A DNA stretch of 11,695 nucleotides from Candidatus Eiseniibacteriota bacterium. GTDB taxonomy: Bacteria; Eisenbacteria; RBG-16-71-46; DASYSL01. The DNA lies in assembly GCA_031431875.1 (NCBI GenBank), contig JANPEF010000152.1, forward strand, positions 1-11,695. The letters run 5' to 3'. A model generated the notes under the pieces. It worked only from the letters and a program-made list of their open reading frames with translations, searched no databases and had not been told where the DNA came from. Both the position numbers and the translations under genes were made by a program. Positions 6,756 to 11,695 of the stretch are shown here, piece after piece. Every line of letters starts with the position of its first letter. The first letter of the stretch is position 1.

Positions 6756-8459
6756 GTGGTCCCTCCGACCGAGACGCGCGTCCACGACATTTTCGACCTG
6801 TCCAGCGAGTTCGTGGACCGGATGGCCGCTCTGCGGCCCATGACCGCGACCTACCAGGGCCTCGCGGGGCACGATCACCGTTGGGACGACTTGAGCCCAA
6901 CCGGCAGCCGGGCCGTCGTCGAGTTCATCGCGGGTTACCAGGAGCGACTCGCCGTCCTGCCCCCCGCCGAGGATCCGTGGGCGAAGCTCGCGATCGAGGT
7001 CATGTCCGAGCACCTGCGGCTCGAGCGCGCCTACTACGAGGACGGCGACGACCTGGTAGATCTCAACAACATCGCCTCCACTTTCCAGTCGCTGCGCCAG
7101 GTGTTCGACCTCATGGACACGAAGACGCGCGCGGGCTGGGAGAACATCGCGGCCCGCCTCGAGACCATCGATGCGGCGATCGAGGGCTACCGCACCACGC
7201 TCGAACTCGGCCGCACGAAGGGGAAAGCCGTCGCCGTCCGCCAGGTGAAGGCCACGATCGAGCAGGGTCGGATCAACGCCGGGCCTCAGTCCTATTTCCA
7301 TCGCCTGCCCGGCCAACTCGCTGCGGCGAAGGTCGGCGACACCGCACTTGCCGCCCGCATCGAGGCCGGCGTCGCGAAAGCCTGCGGCGCGTTCGAGTCG
7401 CTTGCGCAGTACCTCGAGACGACGTACCTGCCGTCGGCCACGCCCAAGGATGCGGTCGGCCGCGAGCGCTACCTCCGCCAGACGCGCCGCTTCCTCGGCA
7501 TGACGATCGATCCCGTGGAGACGTACGCGTGGGGCTGGCAGCAGGTCCGCTCGATCGAGAGCGAGATGAAGAAGGTCGCCGCCGAGATCGCCCCGGGCAA
7601 GTCGCTCGCCGAGGTCTTCGCGCTGCTCAAGCAGGACAAGGCGCGCTGTGCCAGGGATCGTGGGGAGTTCGTGCGCCTGATGACCGAACGCCAGGAGCGC
7701 GCGCTGGCCGACCTCGATGGCCGCCACTTCGACATTCCCGACGAGGTGCGCAAGGTCGAGGTCAAGATCGCGCCCCCCGGCGGCGCGCTCGGCGCCTACT
7801 ACATCCAGCCGAGCGAGGACTTCACGCGCCCCGGCACGGTGTGGTACTCGCTGGCGCCCGAGGAGGTCGCGGACATCCCGCTGTTCGGCCACATCACAAC
7901 CGCGTACCACGAGGGCTTCCCGGGGCATCACCTGCAGTGCGGCATCCAGGTCGCGCTGGCCGACCGGCTGTCGCGGCTGCACCGGCTGTCGGTCTGGTAT
8001 CCGGGCTACGGCGAGGGCTGGGCGTTGTACACCGAACTGCTCATGCACGAGCTGGGCTACTTCGAGAAGCCCGAGTACGTGCTCGGCATGCTCGGCGCCC
8101 AGATGTTCCGCGCCTGCCGCGTGGTCATCGACATCGGCAGCCATCTCGAGCTGCCGATCCCGACCGACGATCCGACATTCCACCCCGGCGAGGCGTGGAC
8201 GTTCGACCTCGCAGTCGAGCTGCTCACGCAGCGCTGCTCGGAGGAAGACGACTACGCGCGCTCCGAGGTCACGCGCTACTACGGCTGGCCCGGCCAGGCG
8301 ATCTCGTACAAGGTGGGCGAGCGCGTGATCATGGACACGCGCGAGGAGCTGAAGCGCCGCCAGGGTCCGGCATTCTCGCTCAAGGACTTCCACGCCCGCG
8401 TGCTGGGCTCGGGGCCGGTCGGGCTCGAGCTGCTGCGCGAGCGCGTTCTGTCGGCCTGA
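6756..8459 (+). CDS. DUF885 family protein (putative zinc metallopeptidase), no signal peptide
   Basis: 567 aa with DUF885 hallmarks YHEGFPGHHLQ, EGWALYTE, RACRVVIDIG, EVTRY..WPGQAISYKVG and FSLKDFHARVLGSG. It has a good SD and promoter. Confidence 0.92.
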   Translation: MVPPTETRVHDIFDLSSEFVDRMAALRPMTATYQGLAGHDHRWDDLSPTGSRAVVEFIAGYQERLAVLPPAEDPWAKLAIEVMSEHLRLERAYYEDGDDLVDLNNIASTFQSLRQVFDLMDTKTRAGWENIAARLETIDAAIEGYRTTLELGRTKGKAVAVRQVKATIEQGRINAGPQSYFHRLPGQLAAAKVGDTALAARIEAGVAKACGAFESLAQYLETTYLPSATPKDAVGRERYLRQTRRFLGMTIDPVETYAWGWQQVRSIESEMKKVAAEIAPGKSLAEVFALLKQDKARCARDRGEFVRLMTERQERALADLDGRHFDIPDEVRKVEVKIAPPGGALGAYYIQPSEDFTRPGTVWYSLAPEEVADIPLFGHITTAYHEGFPGHHLQCGIQVALADRLSRLHRLSVWYPGYGEGWALYTELLMHELGYFEKPEYVLGMLGAQMFRACRVVIDIGSHLELPIPTDDPTFHPGEAWTFDLAVELLTQRCSEEDDYARSEVTRYYGWPGQAISYKVGERVIMDTREELKRRQGPAFSLKDFHARVLGSGPVGLELLRERVLSA

Positions 8460-8479
8460 CCCGGGACGCCGACCGCGCG

Positions 8480-9025
8480 ATGACCGAACAGGCCCGGCTG
8501 GTCTCGTCGCGCGAGATCCACCGCGGCCGGGTCGTCCACCTGTTCGTCGACACCATCACGCTGCCCAACGGCCACACGACCGCGCTCGAGGTGATCAAGC
8601 ACCCGGGCGCGGCCGCGGTCGTTCCCTTCCTCGACGCCGACACGATCCTGCTCGTGCGCCAGTACCGCCACGCCGCCGGCGGCTACCTGCTCGAGATCCC
8701 CGCCGGCAAGCTCGACGCCGGCGAGGCGCCCGAGCACTGCGCCGCGCGCGAGACCGAGGAGGAGACCGGCTACCGCGCCGGTCGTCTCGAGAAGCTCGGT
8801 GCGATCCTCACCACGCCCGGCTTCACCGACGAGATCATCCACCTGTATGCGGGTTACGACCTCGTTGCCGGCGCGGCCGCGACCGAGGCGGACGAGGATC
8901 TCACCGTGATTCCGATGCCGTTCGCCGACGCGCTTTCGCGCGTCGTTCAGGGCGAGATCACCGATGCCAAGTCGGTGTCGGCGCTGCTGCTTGCCGCCCG
9001 CGCCCGCGAGCGGGGCCGCGCCTGA
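8480..9025 (+). CDS. NUDIX hydrolase, ADP-ribose pyrophosphatase (NudF)-like (181 aa)
   Basis: ATG at 8480. Nudix box GKLDAGEAPEHCAARETEEETGY (GX5EX7REUXEEXGU), plus HPGAAAVVP, LVRQYRH, TTPGFTDE and GEITDAKS typical of ADPRases. Confidence 0.9.
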   Translation: MTEQARLVSSREIHRGRVVHLFVDTITLPNGHTTALEVIKHPGAAAVVPFLDADTILLVRQYRHAAGGYLLEIPAGKLDAGEAPEHCAARETEEETGYRAGRLEKLGAILTTPGFTDEIIHLYAGYDLVAGAAATEADEDLTVIPMPFADALSRVVQGEITDAKSVSALLLAARARERGRA

Positions 9026-10308
9026 GCCGCACCGTTTCGCCGCGCGCGATCCTCGCCGGCATGGTGATCGGCGGCGGCCTCGGCGCCCTCGCGCACGTCA
9101 CCGCGGCCGACAGCCCCACGCTGCGCTGGGTCCTCAGCAACGTCACCGAGCCGGCCGGAAAGGTGTTCCTGCGGCTCCTCTTCGTGCTCGTCATCCCGAT
9201 CCTGATCTCGGCGCTGCCGCTGGGCATCGTCGGCGTCGGCGACCTCAAGTCGCTGGGCCGCGTCGGGTGGAAAACGCTGGCCTACACCGTCGTCGTCTCG
9301 GTGCTGTGTGTGTTCCTCGGCGTCGGGCTGGTGAACCTGATCCGCCCGGGAGAGGCGATCTCGCCGGCGCTCAAGGCCACGCTCGCCGCGCGCGCCGCCG
9401 AGGGCGCCTCGGCGCTGCCGCAGGCGAACGACCTGCCCACGGGCGGCATCGACCTCCTGATCAACATCGTGCCCGACAACGCGGTCAAGGCGATGGCGAA
9501 CGGCGACCTGCTGGCGGTCATGTTCTTCGCGCTGATGCTGGGGCTGGGCCTTGCGCTCACACCAACGCCGGGGGCGGCGCGGTTGCGCGAGGTGCTCGAG
9601 GGCATCTACGACGTGTCGACGCGATTGATCGACCTCGTCTTGCGGCTGGCGCCGTTCGGCGTGGCCGCACTGCTGTTCACCCTCGCGGCACGCTTCGGTT
9701 ATGGGCTCGTGCCGCCGCTCGCGCTCTACGTGACGACGGTGCTCCTGGGGCTCGGCCTGCACACCGTCATCGTCTACTCGGCAGCCGTGAAGTTCCTCGG
9801 CGGCATGAGCCCGGTCGCGTTCTTCCGCGGCAGCCGGGCGGCGATGATGACCGCGTTCTCGACCGCCTCGAGCAACGCGACGCTGCCCACCGCGCTCCGC
9901 GTCGCCGAGGAGGAGCTCCAGCTCCCGCGCTCGGTCGCGCGCTTCGTCCTGACGCTGGGCTCGACCGCGAACCAGAACGGCACAGCACTGTTCGAAGGCG
10001 TGACCGTCCTCTTCCTCGCCCAGTTCTACGGGGTGCCGCTGGACGTCGGGCAGCAGGCGCTGGTGGTCGTCATCTGCGTGCTGGGATCGATCGGCACGGC
10101 GGGCGTTCCGGCGGGTTCGCTGCCGGTGATCCTCATGATCCTGGGGCTGATCGGCGTGCCGGCCGAGGGCATGGGGATGATCCTCGGCATCGACCGCTTC
10201 CTCGACATGTGCCGCACGACGGTGAACGTCACCGGCGACCTGGTGGCCGCGGTGGTCGTCTCGCGCGGCGAGGTCGATGCGCCGATCGTGGAGCCGTCGC
10301 TGAGCTAG
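9022..10308 (+). CDS. Dicarboxylate/amino acid:cation symporter (DAACS, GltP/GltT-like)
   Basis: HP1 FSTASSNATLP, TM7 NQNGTALFE, HP2 SIGTAGVPAG and TM8 DRFLDMCRTTVNVTGD. The first canonical start is ATG 9061, but the TM1-like sequence (RAILAGMVIG) begins earlier, so CTG at 9022 is proposed. The start is uncertain; the family call is secure. Confidence 0.9.
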   Translation: MSRTVSPRAILAGMVIGGGLGALAHVTAADSPTLRWVLSNVTEPAGKVFLRLLFVLVIPILISALPLGIVGVGDLKSLGRVGWKTLAYTVVVSVLCVFLGVGLVNLIRPGEAISPALKATLAARAAEGASALPQANDLPTGGIDLLINIVPDNAVKAMANGDLLAVMFFALMLGLGLALTPTPGAARLREVLEGIYDVSTRLIDLVLRLAPFGVAALLFTLAARFGYGLVPPLALYVTTVLLGLGLHTVIVYSAAVKFLGGMSPVAFFRGSRAAMMTAFSTASSNATLPTALRVAEEELQLPRSVARFVLTLGSTANQNGTALFEGVTVLFLAQFYGVPLDVGQQALVVVICVLGSIGTAGVPAGSLPVILMILGLIGVPAEGMGMILGIDRFLDMCRTTVNVTGDLVAAVVVSRGEVDAPIVEPSLS

Positions 10309-11573
10309 GTTTCGCGTCCGGATTCGGCCGGAACCCGCCGGTAGTCGCGCAGCTCGGGCGTGCGCCACGCGGTCCACGCCGTCGCCAGGATGCATCCGAG
10401 CCCGCCGGTGATCACCGACCACGGCGCCGTCGTCGCCTGCGCCACCAGCCCCGCCTCGAGTTCCCCGAGCTGCGGCCCGCCCATGAAGAACACCATGTTC
10501 ACCCCGGTCATCCGCCCGCGCATCGTGTCGGGCGTGGCGAGCTGGCGCACGACGTTGCGCAGCACCGTGCTCACCGTGTCGGCCGCGCCGGTGACCGCGA
10601 GGCACAGGAAGGTGAGCGCGAACGAGCGCGACAGGCCGAATGCGATCGTCGCCAGCCCGTACACCCCCACCGCGTACAGCAGCACGCGACCGCGCCGCAC
10701 GATCCGCTCGGAGTTCCGCACCATCACGATGCCCGCCAGCATGGCCCCCACCGACGGCGCGGCGTAGAGCCAGCCGTAGCCCTTCGCCCCGACCTTGAGA
10801 ACGTCCTGGGCGAAGATCGGCAGCAGCGCGGTGGCCGCGGAGAAGAACGTGGCGAAGAAGTCGAGCAGCATGGTCGAGCGGATCAGCGGATGCGAGAACG
10901 TGAACTTGAGCCCCTCGAGCGCCGCGGCGAGGCTCACGTCGCTGCGCGTGTGGGCCGGCGGCTCGGGCACGTCGCGCATCGCCCACAGCGCGAGCAACAC
11001 GGCGAGGAACGAGACCGAGTTGACGGCGTAGACCCACGGCAGGCCGGCCGTGGCGATCAGGATCCCCGCGAGCGAGGGGCCGAGCACGGCGGCCGTCTGG
11101 AACATGATCGTATTGAGCGAGATCGCGTTGGGCAGCACCTCGCGCGGGACGAGTTGCGGGATCAGCGATTGCCGCGCCGGCCCGTCGAACGAGCCCGCCG
11201 CCGCCCCGAGGCCCGTCAGGAGGTAGAGCGGCCACAGCGCGTCGAGCCCGCGGAAGGCGAGCCCGGCGAGCACGAAGGCGAAGAGCGCCATCAGGCACTG
11301 GGTGAAGAGCATGAGCCGACGGCGATCATGGGCGTCGGCGACGACCCCCGAGAGGATCGAGAACAGCACGATCGGCACGAAGCGCACGAGCCCGACCATG
11401 CCCAGCGCCCAGCCCTTCTGGTCCGCTGGCGCGAGCAGCGCGACGTGCCACAGCACGGCCGCTGCCTGCATGCTCGTGCCGCTGAACGAGACGAGTTGGC
11501 CGAGCCAGAGGAGCCGGAAGTTGCGGTAGTGCAGGGCATGGAACGAGGGGGAGGCCGCAAGTCGCGTGAGCAC
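10305..11573 (-). CDS. MFS transporter (MFS_3 / EntS-like H+ antiporter type)
   Basis: 422 aa with ~12 hydrophobic helices. RNFRLLWLGQLVS, motif A GVVADAHDRRRLM, FDGPARQSLIPQLV and QLATPDTMRGR. Its stop overlaps the DAACS stop (CTAG, 10305-10308). Confidence 0.92.
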   Translation of the reverse strand: MLTRLAASPSFHALHYRNFRLLWLGQLVSFSGTSMQAAAVLWHVALLAPADQKGWALGMVGLVRFVPIVLFSILSGVVADAHDRRRLMLFTQCLMALFAFVLAGLAFRGLDALWPLYLLTGLGAAAGSFDGPARQSLIPQLVPREVLPNAISLNTIMFQTAAVLGPSLAGILIATAGLPWVYAVNSVSFLAVLLALWAMRDVPEPPAHTRSDVSLAAALEGLKFTFSHPLIRSTMLLDFFATFFSAATALLPIFAQDVLKVGAKGYGWLYAAPSVGAMLAGIVMVRNSERIVRRGRVLLYAVGVYGLATIAFGLSRSFALTFLCLAVTGAADTVSTVLRNVVRQLATPDTMRGRMTGVNMVFFMGGPQLGELEAGLVAQATTAPWSVITGGLGCILATAWTAWRTPELRDYRRVPAESGRET

Positions 11574-11579
11574 GGGCGG

Positions 11580-11588
11580 AATCTACCA
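11580..11588 (-). promoter_or_regulatory. Probable extended -10 promoter (TGnTAGATT) of the MFS gene, leaderless geometry
   Basis: The minus strand reads TGG-TAGATT-CCGCCC-GTG, so the -10 hexamer ends 6 nt before the start codon. There is no SD. Confidence 0.55.
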
Positions 11589-11634
11589 CGCGGGCCGCGC
11601 TCCGGTAGCCCCCGGGCGGTCGGAGAAGCTGCTC

Positions 11635-11674
11635 AGACCACGAAACAGCGCCATTCGGCGCCGCTTCGTGGTCT
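11635..11674 (-). terminator. Long stem-loop, possibly a terminator or stabilising hairpin
   Basis: The minus strand reads AGACCACGAAGCGGCGCC-GAAT-GGCGCTGTTTCGTGGTCT, an 18-bp stem with two G-U pairs. There is no clear U-tract after the stem. Confidence 0.5.
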
Positions 11675-11695
11675 TCCGCCACGCCCGCCCGGGGG

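Noticed and set aside
6714..8393. 559-aa antisense ORF, and similarly 3649..4818, 2628..3908 and 8947..11298
   Set aside because: These are antisense or off-frame mirrors of well-supported genes with no recognisable motifs, as expected from GC-biased codon usage.
5618..9025. 1135-aa ORF on the + strand
   Set aside because: It is an Arg/Pro/Ala-rich shadow frame across the IYD and DUF885 genes. Only the last 181 aa (NUDIX, from ATG 8480) look like a real protein.

Overview
GC-rich bacterial chromosomal segment with no mobile element, CRISPR array or RNA gene that I can recognise. In order it holds: (1) the 3' part of ileS (IleRS1-type, with KMSKS replaced by AMHKS) and a coupled ~134-aa membrane-anchored hypothetical; (2) a 318-bp convergent intergenic region packed with palindromes, some showing compensatory base changes between copies; (3) a tightly coupled minus-strand operon: iodotyrosine-deiodinase-like nitroreductase > secreted S1/P1 nuclease / Zn-phospholipase C with a Por/FlgD-Ig-like C-terminal domain > deoxynucleoside kinase > GT-C-type membrane glycosyltransferase; (4) a divergent plus-strand operon: DUF885 protein > NUDIX hydrolase > DAACS symporter (NQNGT variant, probable CTG start); (5) a convergent MFS transporter that is probably leaderless. 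The Por/FlgD-type C-terminal domain and high GC suggest an FCB-associated lineage such as Ca. Eisenbacteria (inference only). The best leads are the palindrome cluster at 2174-2427 and the dehalogenase/nuclease/kinase operon. All family calls come from reading motifs by eye; no searches were run.
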